From NCBI GenBank assembly GCA_963707915.1, contig OY970178.1:608001-672000 (forward strand): a stretch of 64,000 nucleotides of DNA. Reading direction: 5' to 3'. Positions 1 to 13,491 of this stretch are shown piece after piece. Under the pieces are notes generated by a model. The model did no database searches. It was not told the origin of the DNA and saw nothing but the letters and a program-made list of their open reading frames with translations. Numbering within the stretch: the first letter of the stretch is position 1; every line of letters begins with the position of its first letter. Position numbers and translations under genes: made by a program. Origin of the DNA: Candidatus Eiseniibacteriota bacterium (GTDB lineage Bacteria; Eisenbacteria; RBG-16-71-46).

Positions 1-88
1 CAAGGGGGCGGCGCTCAACGCCGTGCAGATCGCCGAACGCTGGTTCGGGGTCGCTCCGCGGGGGCCGGGCGAGGTCCGGCGCCCATGA
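1..88 (+). CDS. asd: Aspartate-semialdehyde dehydrogenase, 3' end (partial)
   Basis: Frame from nt 2 reads KGAALNAVQIAERWF..., the characteristic Asd C-terminal motif; TGA at 86-88 overlaps the next ATG (ATGA). Confidence 0.85.
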   Translation, partial: KGAALNAVQIAERWFGVAPRGPGEVRRP

Positions 89-807
89 CGCCGGGGGAGC
101 GGATGGCGCCGCTGTTGCTGGGCGCCCTGGCCGGATCGCTGGTGGCGGGGCGGCTGGCGACGGCCATCGGCTGCCTGGCGCTGGCGGCGACCTGCGGCGC
201 GCTCGCGGGGGCGCGCTGGCCGCGGCCGGCGGCGTTGCGGCTGGTGGGCATCGGCATGGCGGTGGCCGTGGTGCTGAACACGCTGCTGGTGAGCGGCCGG
301 CCGCTGGGCGAGGTGCCGCACGCGAGCGTCGCGGGCCTCCGCCTGGGCGCCCTGCTGGCGCTGCGTCTCGCCGGGGCCGCCGCGGCGGTGCACGGGCTGG
401 CCGCGGCCTGGCCGGGTGAGCGCGCCGCCGACGAGCTGGCGCGCCTGTTGACCCCGCTGGAGCGCGTGCGCGTGCCGGTGCGCGACGCCCGCGCCGTGCT
501 GGGGCTGGCGGTGCGCTTCGTCCCGCTGCTGGCGGGCGAGGGGGCGCGCATCGCCCGCGTCCAGGCGCTGCGGGCGGGCGGGCCTCCGCGGGGCTGGCGT
601 GAGCGCTTCACGCGCCGGCGCGCGGTCGTCGTCCCGGTGATGGTGAACGCCCTCGAGCGCGCGGAGCGCGTGAGCCTCGCGCTCGAGGCCCGGCACCACC
701 GCCTGCGGCGGGTGCCGCCGGCCGCGGCGCCCGGCCCGGTCGGGAACTGGGCGTGGGCGCTCGCGGGGCTCGCGGTGGCGGTGACCAGCCTGGTGTTGCG
801 GGGCTGA
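85..807 (+). CDS. ecfT: Energy-coupling factor transporter transmembrane component T (EcfT/CbiQ family)
   Basis: Hydrophobic N-half, then LAVRFVPLL..RIARVQALR and ALERAERVSLALEAR coupling helices typical of EcfT. Confidence 0.8.
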   Translation: MTPGERMAPLLLGALAGSLVAGRLATAIGCLALAATCGALAGARWPRPAALRLVGIGMAVAVVLNTLLVSGRPLGEVPHASVAGLRLGALLALRLAGAAAAVHGLAAAWPGERAADELARLLTPLERVRVPVRDARAVLGLAVRFVPLLAGEGARIARVQALRAGGPPRGWRERFTRRRAVVVPVMVNALERAERVSLALEARHHRLRRVPPAAAPGPVGNWAWALAGLAVAVTSLVLRG

Positions 808-1550
808 ATGGAGAACTATCGGCTGCAGGTCGCCTACGACGGCACGGACTTCCATGGCTGGCAGCGGCAGCCGGAGTGCCGCACGGTGCAGGGTGTGCTC
901 GAGGCAGAACTGGCGGCGCTGCTGGGGGCGGACGAGGTCGTGCTGCGGGGCGCGGGGCGGACGGACGCGGGCGTTCACGCCCGCGGGCAGGTGGCGTCGT
1001 TCCGCGCGCGGACGCCGATCCCGGGCGCCGCGCTGAAGCACGCGCTCGGCCCCCGGCTGCCGCGGGACGTGCGCGTGCTGTCCTCGGCGGCGGTGCCGGA
1101 CGATTTCGACGCGCGCCGCTCCGCCGTGGCGCGGCGGTATTCGTACCGCCTGCTGGGCGCGGAGGACCCGCTGGAGGAGCGGTTCGCCTGGCGACCCCGG
1201 CGCTGGCCGGAGATCGCGGCGCTGGAAGCGGCCACGCGCGCCCTGGAGGGCCGGCAGGATTTCTCGTCGTTCCGGTCGACGGGGAGCTCGGAGACGAACC
1301 CGGTGTGCGACGTCGCGCGCGCGCGCTGGGTGCGCTGGGAGAAGGGACTCCGGTTCGAGATCGTGGCGGACCACTTCCTCTACCGCATGGTGCGCAGCAT
1401 CGTGGGCACGGCGCTGGAGGCTTGTGGCGGCACCGATCCGGCGGGCCGGATGCTCGCGGTGATCGAGGCGCTGGACCGTTCGGCGGCGGGGCCGACCGCG
1501 CCGGCGCATGGACTCTGCCTGGAAGAGGTCACGTATCCGGAGGTGACGTC

Positions 1551-1554
<4 letters not shown>
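808..1554 (+). CDS. truA: tRNA pseudouridine(38-40) synthase
   Basis: YDGTDFHGWQRQ, GAGRTDAGVHA, FLYRMVR and APAHGL motifs. Confidence 0.97.
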
Positions 1555-2714
<1,160 letters not shown>

Positions 2715-2773
2715 GCGCGGTTCCGTACGCCCGCTGACGCCGGCATCCGGGGCCCCGCCGGCGCCGGCCTGCC

Positions 2774-2802
2774 TTGACGCCCCGGCGGCGGCTCCCTAGA
2801 GT
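2774..2802 (+). promoter_or_regulatory. Sigma70-type promoter upstream of lysS operon
   Basis: TTGACG (2774-2779) - 17 nt - TAGAGT (2797-2802). Confidence 0.6.
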
Positions 2803-2855
2803 CGCCCGGCTTCCCCGTACCCCCGAGTGGCCCGGATCGGCCCAGGAGAGTCCCC

Positions 2856-4391
2856 GTGTCCCTGCGCGAACTGATGCGCCAGCGCGAAGAGAAGCTCGCC
2901 CAGTGGCGGGCGCTGGGGGTGGAGCCGTACGCCTACCGCTACGAGCCCACGCATCATGCGGCGGAGGTCCTGGCCTGGGGCGAGGCGGTCACCCAGGAGC
3001 CCGGCCGGCGGGTGTGCGTGGCCGGGCGGATCGTCGCCCTGCGCGGTCACGGCAAGGCCGGTTTCGCGCACCTGCTCGACGGCAGCGGGCGGCTGCAGCT
3101 CTACTTCCGGGCGGACGCGCTGGGGGAGGGCTTCCGGCGCTACGAGCTGCTGGACGTCGGCGACTGGGTCGGCGTGGAGGGGGCGGTGTTCCGCACCCGG
3201 ACCGGCGAGATCACCGTGAAGGTCGAGGCGGTGGAGTTGCTGGCCAAGTCCATCCGGCCGCTGCCCGAGAAGTGGCACGGGCTCCGGGACCCGGAGACCC
3301 GCTTCCGGCAGCGTTACGCCGACCTCTTCACCAACCTGGAGGTGCGCGAGGTGTTCCGCCGCCGCGCGCGCCTGGTCTCGGCGATCCGCGGCTTCCTCGA
3401 CGGCCGGGAGTACCTCGAGGTCGAGACGCCGGTGCTGCAGCCGCTCTACGGCGGCGCCTTCGCGCGCCCCTTCGTGACCGAGCACCACGCGCTGGGGATG
3501 CAGCTGTACCTGCGCATCTCCGACGAGCTGTACCTAAAGCGGCTGATCGTGGGCGGGCTCGAGCGGGTCTACGAGTTCTCGCGGGACTTCCGCAACGAGG
3601 GGATGGACCGCTCGCACAATCCCGAGTTCACGCTGCTGGAGTACTACCAGGCCTTCGCCGACGTGCACGACATGATGACCCTCACCGAGGAGCTCGTCGG
3701 GCACGCGGTGAAGGCCGCGACCGGCGGGCTGGAGGTCGCCTGGCAGGGGCAGAGCCTCGACTTCGCCGCGCCCTGGCCGCGCGTCTCGATGCTGGACGAG
3801 GTGGGGCGCGTGGTGGGCGAGGACGTCTCCGCGCTGGACCCGGCGCAGCTGGGACGGCTGGCCGCGACGCGCGGCATCGCGACGCGTCCCGGCACCGGGG
3901 CCGGCGGGCTGCTGGACGCGCTCTTCAGCGAGCTGGTCCAGCCGGGCCTGGTGCGCCCGTGCTTCGTCGTGGACTTCCCGGTCGAGACTTCGCCGCTGGC
4001 GCGGGTGAGCCGGGTCCGCCCGGGCGTGGTCGAGCGCTTCGAGGTCTACGTGGGCGGCATGGAGCTGGCGAACGCGTTCTCCGAGCAGAACGACCCGGCC
4101 GCCCAGCGGGCGGCCTTCGAGGCGCAGATGAGCCGGCGCGCGGCGGGGGACGACGAGGCGCAGGTCATGGACCACGACTACGTCCGGGCGCTCGAGTACG
4201 GCATGCCCCCCACCGGCGGCGTGGGGATCGGCGTGGACCGCCTCGCGATGCTGGTCACCGACTCGCGCACCATCCGCGACGTCATCCTCTTCCCGCAACT
4301 GGGGCCCGAAGAGGGGCTGGGCCAGGCCGGCGACGAGGACGAGGAGCCCGCTTCGCACGAGGGTGCCCCGGGAACGGCCGGGCCGAAGTGA
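2856..4391 (+). CDS. lysS: Lysine--tRNA ligase (class II)
   Basis: OB fold, LYLRIS.ELYLKRL, FRNEG..HNPEFT, YGMPPTGGVGIGVDRL. Confidence 0.98.
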   Translation: MSLRELMRQREEKLAQWRALGVEPYAYRYEPTHHAAEVLAWGEAVTQEPGRRVCVAGRIVALRGHGKAGFAHLLDGSGRLQLYFRADALGEGFRRYELLDVGDWVGVEGAVFRTRTGEITVKVEAVELLAKSIRPLPEKWHGLRDPETRFRQRYADLFTNLEVREVFRRRARLVSAIRGFLDGREYLEVETPVLQPLYGGAFARPFVTEHHALGMQLYLRISDELYLKRLIVGGLERVYEFSRDFRNEGMDRSHNPEFTLLEYYQAFADVHDMMTLTEELVGHAVKAATGGLEVAWQGQSLDFAAPWPRVSMLDEVGRVVGEDVSALDPAQLGRLAATRGIATRPGTGAGGLLDALFSELVQPGLVRPCFVVDFPVETSPLARVSRVRPGVVERFEVYVGGMELANAFSEQNDPAAQRAAFEAQMSRRAAGDDEAQVMDHDYVRALEYGMPPTGGVGIGVDRLAMLVTDSRTIRDVILFPQLGPEEGLGQAGDEDEEPASHEGAPGTAGPK

Positions 4392-5626
4392 GGCTTCCGC
4401 TGTGGATCGCCGTGCGCTACCTGCGCACGCGGCGGCAGAGCGGGTTCATCACCCTGCTGACCGGCATCTCGGTGGGCGGCGTGGCCGTCGGCGTGACCGC
4501 GTTGCTCACGGTGCTCGCGGTGATGAACGGCTTCGAGAACGAGGTCCAGACGCGCATCGCCGGCACCGACGCGCACATCGTGCTGCTGGGGGAGACGGCC
4601 GCGGGAGTCACGGGGGCCGGCCCGCTCGCGGCCGAGGTGGCCCGGCAGCCCGGCGTGGAGGGCGTCGCGCCGTTCACCTACGCCAAGGCGATGGTCTTCC
4701 ACGAGGGCTTCACCGAGGGGCTCATCGTGAAGGGCGTGGACCTGGCGGCGGAGCGCGGGGTGACCAGCGTGGGACGCAACATCCGGCCGGCCCTCGATTC
4801 GATCCCGGTCCTCACCGCGGGCGGCTTCCCGGGCATCGTGCTGGGCAACGAGCTGGCGGGCCGTCTCGCCGCGCGGGTCGGCGACCGCGTGGTGCTGGCG
4901 ATGCTGAGCGGGGGCGGCGCTTCGCCGCTCGGGTTCACGCCGCGGCTCAAGGAGTTCCGCGTGGTCGGAGTGTTCACCTCGGGGCTGTACACCTACGACT
5001 CGAGCCTGGGGTTCACGTCCATCCCGGCCTCGCAGGCGTTCTTCCAGATGGGGGACGCCGTGACCGGAATCGAGGTGCGGATCACCGACATGTTCGAGGC
5101 GCCCCGCGTGGCCGGCGAGCTGCTGCTGGCGGTGCGGCGGCCGGGGCTGCGTGCCAACAACTGGATCGAGCTCAACCGGAACCTGTTCACCTGGATGAAG
5201 CTCGAGAAGACCGTGATGTTCCTGATCCTCGCCCTGGTCGTGCTGGTGGCGGCCTTCAACATCGTCAGCACGCTCTTCATGGTGGTCATGGAGAAGCGCC
5301 GCGACATCGGCGTGCTGCGCTCGCTCGGCGCCGGACGCGGCGTCGTGCTGCAGGTGTTCCTGGCCGAGGGGCTCCTGATCGGCGGCCTGGGGACGGGCCT
5401 GGGCGTGCTGCTGGGCTCGACGCTCATCGCCGTGCTCAAGCGCTACCCGTTCGTGCGGCTCCCCGGGGACGTCTACTTCATCGAGCGCCTCCCGGTGCGC
5501 CCGGAGGCCGGGGACTTCCTCTTCGTGATCCTGTCTGCGGTCGTGCTGTGCCTGGCCGCTGCGCTCTATCCGGCCTGGCGCGCCTCGCTGCTGGACCCGG
5601 TCGAAGCCATCCGCAAGCAGGCTTGA
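4388..5626 (+). CDS. lolE: Lipoprotein-releasing ABC transporter permease LolC/E
   Basis: GTG at 4388 overlaps lysS stop; IAVRYLR, VMNGFE, AAFNIVSTL..V.EK..DIG, LYPAWRAS.LDP. Confidence 0.93.
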   Translation: MRLPLWIAVRYLRTRRQSGFITLLTGISVGGVAVGVTALLTVLAVMNGFENEVQTRIAGTDAHIVLLGETAAGVTGAGPLAAEVARQPGVEGVAPFTYAKAMVFHEGFTEGLIVKGVDLAAERGVTSVGRNIRPALDSIPVLTAGGFPGIVLGNELAGRLAARVGDRVVLAMLSGGGASPLGFTPRLKEFRVVGVFTSGLYTYDSSLGFTSIPASQAFFQMGDAVTGIEVRITDMFEAPRVAGELLLAVRRPGLRANNWIELNRNLFTWMKLEKTVMFLILALVVLVAAFNIVSTLFMVVMEKRRDIGVLRSLGAGRGVVLQVFLAEGLLIGGLGTGLGVLLGSTLIAVLKRYPFVRLPGDVYFIERLPVRPEAGDFLFVILSAVVLCLAAALYPAWRASLLDPVEAIRKQA

Positions 5627-5634
5627 GGGACGAC

Positions 5635-6360
5635 ATGAGCGGACCGGGCCAGGTTCCTGGGAACGAAGACGTTGCGGGTGCTGCGCCCGTGCTGGTCGCG
5701 CGCGGCATCGACAAGGGCTACGCGACCACCCGGGGCCGGCTCGAGGTCCTGAAGGGCGTGGACCTCGACGTCACGAGCGGCACCATCGTGGCCATCCTGG
5801 GGGCGTCGGGCTCGGGAAAGAGTACGTTGCTGAACATCCTCGGGACACTGGACCGGGCGGATGCAGGCATTGTGGAGGTCCGTGGCTGGCGGGTGGACCC
5901 GCTGCGGGACGAGGAACTCGCGAGCTTCCGTGCGCGGCACCTGGGCTTCGTCTTCCAGTTCCACCACCTGCTTCCGGAGTTCAGTGCGGAGGAGAACGTG
6001 ATGCTGCCGCTGCTCATCGCCGGGCAGGGTCCCGGGCCGGCCCGCGAGCGGGCCCAGGCGGCGCTGGCCGACGTGGGCCTGGCCGAGCGCTGGGACCATC
6101 GGCCGGCGCAGCTCTCGGGCGGCGAGGCCCAGCGCGTGGCGGTCGCGCGGGCGCTGGTGGCGGATCCGGAGCTGGTGCTGGCGGACGAGCCGTCGGGCAA
6201 CCTGGACCAGCGTTCGGCCGCGCAGTTGCACGAGCTCATCGCCTCGCTGGCCCGGGAGCGGCGGCAGACGTTTGTGGTGGTGACGCACAATGATAGGCTG
6301 GCCGCGATCGCCGACCGGGTGCTGACGCTCGAAGGCGGGCGGCTCACCGGCGGCTCGTAG
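5635..6360 (+). CDS. lolD: Lipoprotein-releasing ABC transporter ATPase
   Basis: GASGSGKST, GFVFQFHHLL (LolD motif), LSGGE, ADEPSGNLD. Confidence 0.93.
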   Translation: MSGPGQVPGNEDVAGAAPVLVARGIDKGYATTRGRLEVLKGVDLDVTSGTIVAILGASGSGKSTLLNILGTLDRADAGIVEVRGWRVDPLRDEELASFRARHLGFVFQFHHLLPEFSAEENVMLPLLIAGQGPGPARERAQAALADVGLAERWDHRPAQLSGGEAQRVAVARALVADPELVLADEPSGNLDQRSAAQLHELIASLARERRQTFVVVTHNDRLAAIADRVLTLEGGRLTGGS

Positions 6361-6370
6361 AGGGACAGGG

Positions 6371-6895
6371 ATGCTCTGCCAGATCTGTGGGAAGAACCCG
6401 GCCACGGTCCACTTCACCGAGATCCACGACAACAAGATGTCGGAGATCCACGTGTGCGAGCGCTGCGCCGAGGAGAAGGGGCTGCACGCGACCTCGAAGA
6501 AGCAGCAGTTCGACATCGCGGACCTGCTGGTGAAGATGGTGGACGATTCCACCGGAACCGAGGAGGAGCGCGTCGGGAACGTGCAGTGCCCGCGCTGCGG
6601 ACTGCTCTACTCGGGCTTCAGCGAGACCGGGCGGCTCGGCTGCGCGGACTGCTATACCGCGTTCCAGTTCCAGCTGCGCCCGTTGCTCCGGCGGATCCAC
6701 GGGGACACGCGCCACCGCGGCAAGCGCCCGGTGGGCGAGGGGGAGGGGGCGACGCGCTTCCGCCAGATCCAGCGCCTCCACGACGAGCTGCAGCGGGTGG
6801 TCGAGCGCGAGGAGTTCGAGCGCGCGGCGGTCCTGCGCGACGAGATCCGCAAGCTGGAGGAAGAGACGCGCACGGCCGGGAAGGACAAGCCATGA
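6371..6895 (+). CDS. mcsA: Protein-arginine kinase activator McsA
   Basis: Four CxxC motifs, GRLGCADCY, C-terminal UVR domain (EEFERAAVLRDEI). Confidence 0.95.
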   Translation: MLCQICGKNPATVHFTEIHDNKMSEIHVCERCAEEKGLHATSKKQQFDIADLLVKMVDDSTGTEEERVGNVQCPRCGLLYSGFSETGRLGCADCYTAFQFQLRPLLRRIHGDTRHRGKRPVGEGEGATRFRQIQRLHDELQRVVEREEFERAAVLRDEIRKLEEETRTAGKDKP

Positions 6896-7992
6896 GCGGC
6901 CCGGACCGCCCGCCCGCGGACTTCGACGAGCTGGTCGCGCGGCCGGCCCGCTGGCTCTCGGCCGAGGGCCCGCACGCCGACCTGGTGCTGTCGAGCCGCA
7001 TCCGGCTGGCCCGCAACCTGCGCAGCGTCCCGTTCACGCACCGGGCCCACGAGGAACAGCTCCAGGGCGTGCTGATGAGCGTGTCCGGCGCGGCGCAGCG
7101 CAGCGCGGCCCTCGCCGACGGCCTGCTGCTGCGGATGGCGGAGCTCGCGCCGCTCGACCGGCAGGTGCTGGTGGAGCGGCACCTGGTCAGCCACGAGCTG
7201 GGGGACGGGACCCGCCCGCGCGGCATCGTGGTCTCGAGCGACGAGCGGCTCTCGCTCATGATCAACGAGGAGGACCACCTGCGGCTGCAGGCGATCGCGC
7301 CGGGCTTCCAGCTGACCGAGGCGTGGGCCGCGGCCGACGCGGCCGACGACGAGCTGGACCAGTCGCTGGACTTCGCCTTCTCGGAGGAGATCGGCTACCT
7401 GACGGCCTGCCCGACGAACGCGGGGACCGGCCTGCGGGCCTCGGTGCTCATCCACCTGCCGGCCCTGGTGCTGCTCGACGAGATCCAGCGGGTGCTCAAG
7501 AGCATCACGCAGGTCGGCCTCAACGTGCGCGGGCTCTACGGCGAGCACAGCGACGTCATGGGCAACCTGTTCCAGATCTCGAACCAGACCACGCTGGGCC
7601 GCAGCGAGCGGGACTCGATCGAGATCCTGGACCGGGTGACGCGCCAGATCATCGAGACCGAGGAGCAGGCGCGCGAGCGGATGATCCGCGACGCGCGCGT
7701 CCAGATCGAGGACAAGGTGTGGCGGGCCTACGGGACGCTGCGCCACTGCCGGACCATCCACTCGCGCGAGGTCATCAATCTCTGCTCGGCGGTGCGGCTC
7801 GGCGTGGCCCTCCAGCTGTCCGGGCTGTGCCCGCTGCGCGTGATCAACGAGCTGCTGGTGCTGACGCAACCGGCGCACCTGCAGCGGGCTTACGGGGGCG
7901 AACTGAGCCCCGCCGAACGCAACGTCTACCGCGCCCAGCTCGTGCGCGAGCGGCTGGTCGCCGCCGAGCCCGGGCCCGGGCCGTCCGCCTAG
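6892..7992 (+). CDS. mcsB: Protein arginine kinase McsB
   Basis: SSRIRLARNL, NEEDHLRLQ, GYLTACPTNAGTGLRAS, RGLYGE, FQISNQ.TLG. Confidence 0.96.
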   Translation: MSGPDRPPADFDELVARPARWLSAEGPHADLVLSSRIRLARNLRSVPFTHRAHEEQLQGVLMSVSGAAQRSAALADGLLLRMAELAPLDRQVLVERHLVSHELGDGTRPRGIVVSSDERLSLMINEEDHLRLQAIAPGFQLTEAWAAADAADDELDQSLDFAFSEEIGYLTACPTNAGTGLRASVLIHLPALVLLDEIQRVLKSITQVGLNVRGLYGEHSDVMGNLFQISNQTTLGRSERDSIEILDRVTRQIIETEEQARERMIRDARVQIEDKVWRAYGTLRHCRTIHSREVINLCSAVRLGVALQLSGLCPLRVINELLVLTQPAHLQRAYGGELSPAERNVYRAQLVRERLVAAEPGPGPSA

Positions 7993-8010
7993 AAGGGGAG
8001 CCTCCCGACC

Positions 8011-10503
<2,493 letters not shown>

Positions 10504-10504
10504 C

Positions 10505-12901
10505 GTTCTCCGCATCCTGCTTCTCCTCGCGCTCCTGAGTCCCGGGGTCGCCCTCGCGCAGGGGGACTCCGGCACGCCGGGGGCCCCGGCGCAGGAACTC
10601 GCCCCCGCCGTCGCCGGCGCCGATTCGGCGTCCCCGGCGCCGGGCATCGACTACCGCGTCGGGGTGGTGCGCGTCCGCGGGAACGCGCACACCGACAGCG
10701 TGCGCATTGTCCGCACGTTCGAGGTGCTGGCCGGCTCGCGCTACGCGGACGACGCGGTGCGGCGCGGCATCCGCAAGCTCTTCGCGCTGGGCCTCTTCAG
10801 CGACGTCTGGGTGGACAAGGCCCCGGTCGCGGACCGGATGGACCTCATCATCCACGTGAAGGAGAGGCCGCGCATCGGCAAAGTCGAATTCCGCGGCAAC
10901 GCGAAGCGCAAGACCGAGGACCTCGAGAAGAAGCTCGTGCTGCGCGAGGGCTCGGTCTACTCGCCGGTGGCGGTGCAGAGCCAGGTGGACTCGCTGGTGA
11001 AGTATTACCGGGACGAGGGCTTCTCCAGCGCGACGGTCGCGGCCGCCAGCGACACCGCGGCGGACGGGAGCCTCGACCTGCGATTCGAGATCCGCGAGGG
11101 CGTGAAGGTGCGCATCACCAGCGTCGAGTTCGTGGGGGCGCGCGCCTTCCCGGCGAAGCGGCTCCGCAAGCAACTCAAGACGCGGGCGAAGGGGTTCCTC
11201 GGCGGGGGCAGCGTCAAGGAGGAGGAGGCGGCCGAGGACCGGGAGAAGCTCGAGCGCTTCTACCACGATCACGGGTACCGCGACATGCGCATGGTGGCGC
11301 GCGAGCTGGCGGAGACGGCCGACCCGCGCAAGCTCACCCTGCGGGTCACGGTCGACGAAGGGCGGCCGTACCGGATGGGCACGGTGACCTGGGTGGGCAA
11401 CCAGGTCGTGAAGAGCGCCGCGCTGGCCGAACTGTGGAAGGTGAAGCCGGGCGAGGGATACAGCGCCGCCAAGATCGAGAAGACGCAGGGGCTGGCGTAC
11501 GCGGAATACGCCGAGAACGGGTACCTGGCCGAGGTGATCGTCGAGCCGCGGGAGTCGGTGCGCGATTCGGACGTCGTGGACATCGCGTTCGCGCTCAACG
11601 AGGGGCGGCCGTCGAACATCCGCTACGTCAACATCCTCGGCAACCGGGGGACGCGGGAGAAGGTCATCCGGCGGGAACTGCTGGTGCACGAGGGGGACCG
11701 GTTCCGGCGCTCGGCGCTGATGCGCACCCAGGGCGAGCTGTCGAGGCTCGGCCTGTTCGAGGACGTCGTGCCGGACTTCGCCCTGGCCGAGAGCACGGAC
11801 GTGGACATCAACATCCGGGTCAAGGAGAAGCAGGTCGGCACCGCCTCGGCGGGCGCGGGGTACACCGGCACGACCGGTCTGACCGGCTTCGTCGAGCTCG
11901 GGCACAACAACGTGCTCGGCAACGGCCAGAGCCTGGCCCTCCACCTCGAGCGCGGGGACCGGCGGAGCGACTACTCGCTGAGCTTCACCGAGCCGTGGTT
12001 CCACGACAGCCCGACGCTGCTCGGCTTCTCGGCGTTCAACATGTCCACCGAACTCGACCTCTACAAGGAGAAGCGCCGCGGCGGCTCGGCCCGCATCGGG
12101 CGTCCGCTGCCCTGGCCGGACTACTCGCGCGGCTCGATCGGCTACAGCCTCGAGGACGTGACCATCAGCCAGTTCGGGACGACGCTCTCGGGCCAGGACT
12201 CGATCGTGCTCTCGGGCATCGCGACCGGGACGGCGGTGCGTACCAGCAGCGTCCTGCTGAACTTCAGCCGCAACTCCACGGACAACGCCTTCTACCCGAC
12301 GCGGGGCACGCGCCTGACCTGGAGCAGCGAGCTGGCCGGGGGCCCGTTCCTGGGCGCGGTGAACTACATCAAGAACCGCGCGGAGGGCCGCGTCTACCTG
12401 CCCTCGTTCCTGAAGCACCTGACCACGATGGTGCGCGCGCGGGTCGGCGTGCTCGGCATCTGGTCGGGCCAGACGAGCGCGGTGCCGACGTACGAGCGAT
12501 TCCGGCTGGGCGGCGGGAGCGTCGCCGACCCGCTGCGCGGGTACGAAGACTACATGGTCGTGCCGGACAAGTTCATCCGGACGACCACCGTGCCGACCAC
12601 GACGGGCACCTACACCAGCAAGGTGCGGTACCCCGGCGGCCGCTACATGCTGACCTACAGCGTGGAGCAGCAGTTCCCGATCGTCGTGCCGCTGCGCGGC
12701 GTGGTGTTCTTCGATGCGGGCAACACCTGGGACCGCTGGGAGGAGATCAGCCCGTTCCACCTGCGGACGAGCGTCGGTGTGGGGGTCCGGATGGAGATCC
12801 CGATGCTCGGCAACGTCGGCTTCGACTACGGCTACGGCTTCGACCGCGACGACGGTCCGCGCGGGAAGGGGCATTTCCTGCTGGGCAACGTGAACTTCTG
12901 A
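10505..12901 (+). CDS. bamA: Outer membrane protein assembly factor BamA (start codon uncertain)
   Basis: Signal peptide, POTRA repeats (TREKVIRREL), LRGY loop motif, terminal Phe; only GTT (10505) or CTG (10517) is in frame after the SD GGGAGG. Confidence 0.93.
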   Translation, partial: VLRILLLLALLSPGVALAQGDSGTPGAPAQELAPAVAGADSASPAPGIDYRVGVVRVRGNAHTDSVRIVRTFEVLAGSRYADDAVRRGIRKLFALGLFSDVWVDKAPVADRMDLIIHVKERPRIGKVEFRGNAKRKTEDLEKKLVLREGSVYSPVAVQSQVDSLVKYYRDEGFSSATVAAASDTAADGSLDLRFEIREGVKVRITSVEFVGARAFPAKRLRKQLKTRAKGFLGGGSVKEEEAAEDREKLERFYHDHGYRDMRMVARELAETADPRKLTLRVTVDEGRPYRMGTVTWVGNQVVKSAALAELWKVKPGEGYSAAKIEKTQGLAYAEYAENGYLAEVIVEPRESVRDSDVVDIAFALNEGRPSNIRYVNILGNRGTREKVIRRELLVHEGDRFRRSALMRTQGELSRLGLFEDVVPDFALAESTDVDINIRVKEKQVGTASAGAGYTGTTGLTGFVELGHNNVLGNGQSLALHLERGDRRSDYSLSFTEPWFHDSPTLLGFSAFNMSTELDLYKEKRRGGSARIGRPLPWPDYSRGSIGYSLEDVTISQFGTTLSGQDSIVLSGIATGTAVRTSSVLLNFSRNSTDNAFYPTRGTRLTWSSELAGGPFLGAVNYIKNRAEGRVYLPSFLKHLTTMVRARVGVLGIWSGQTSAVPTYERFRLGGGSVADPLRGYEDYMVVPDKFIRTTTVPTTTGTYTSKVRYPGGRYMLTYSVEQQFPIVVPLRGVVFFDAGNTWDRWEEISPFHLRTSVGVGVRMEIPMLGNVGFDYGYGFDRDDGPRGKGHFLLGNVNF

Positions 12902-12920
12902 CGAGGATCCGGGAGGCGCC

Positions 12921-13484
12921 ATGAACCACAGGGCTATCCTGCGCTCGGCCGGTGCGGCCGCCGCTGCCGCGCTGGCGGTCGTGGCGCTGGCGGCGGCGCC
13001 GTCGCGCGCCGAGACCCGCTTCGGCTACATCGACTCCGGGCGCATCTTCACGGAGTACTCGGTCGCCCGGGACGCGCAGGCCCGCTTCGACCGGCAGGTG
13101 CAGGGCTGGCGTGACGAGGCCGCCGAGAAGGAGAAGGTCGTCGGCCAGCTGCGCATCGAGGTGCGCGACCTCTCCCCGATCCTGTCCTCGCTGAAGCGCC
13201 AGGAGAAGGAGGAGGCCCTGCAGAAGGCGATCAGCGAGTACGAGCGCTTCATCCAGGACGTCTGGGGCCCGCAGGGACGGGCGAGCCAGGAGAACGACCG
13301 CGCGACGAACGACGTGGTGCGCCTGATCCGCGCCGCCGTCGAGAAGGTGGCGGGCGAGAAGAACCTGAACCTGGTCTTCGACGCGGCGAGCGGGATGATC
13401 ATCTACGTCGACAAGACGCTCGACGTGACCGCGGACGTCCTGACCGAGCTGAAGGCCGGGGCGCAGGGCACGACGGGCCCGTAG
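12921..13484 (+). CDS. skp: Skp/OmpH periplasmic chaperone
   Basis: Signal peptide, FGYID, coiled coil, LVFD...YVDKTLDVT; follows bamA. Confidence 0.92.
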   Translation: MNHRAILRSAGAAAAAALAVVALAAAPSRAETRFGYIDSGRIFTEYSVARDAQARFDRQVQGWRDEAAEKEKVVGQLRIEVRDLSPILSSLKRQEKEEALQKAISEYERFIQDVWGPQGRASQENDRATNDVVRLIRAAVEKVAGEKNLNLVFDAASGMIIYVDKTLDVTADVLTELKAGAQGTTGP

Positions 13485-13491
13485 GGGGGGC

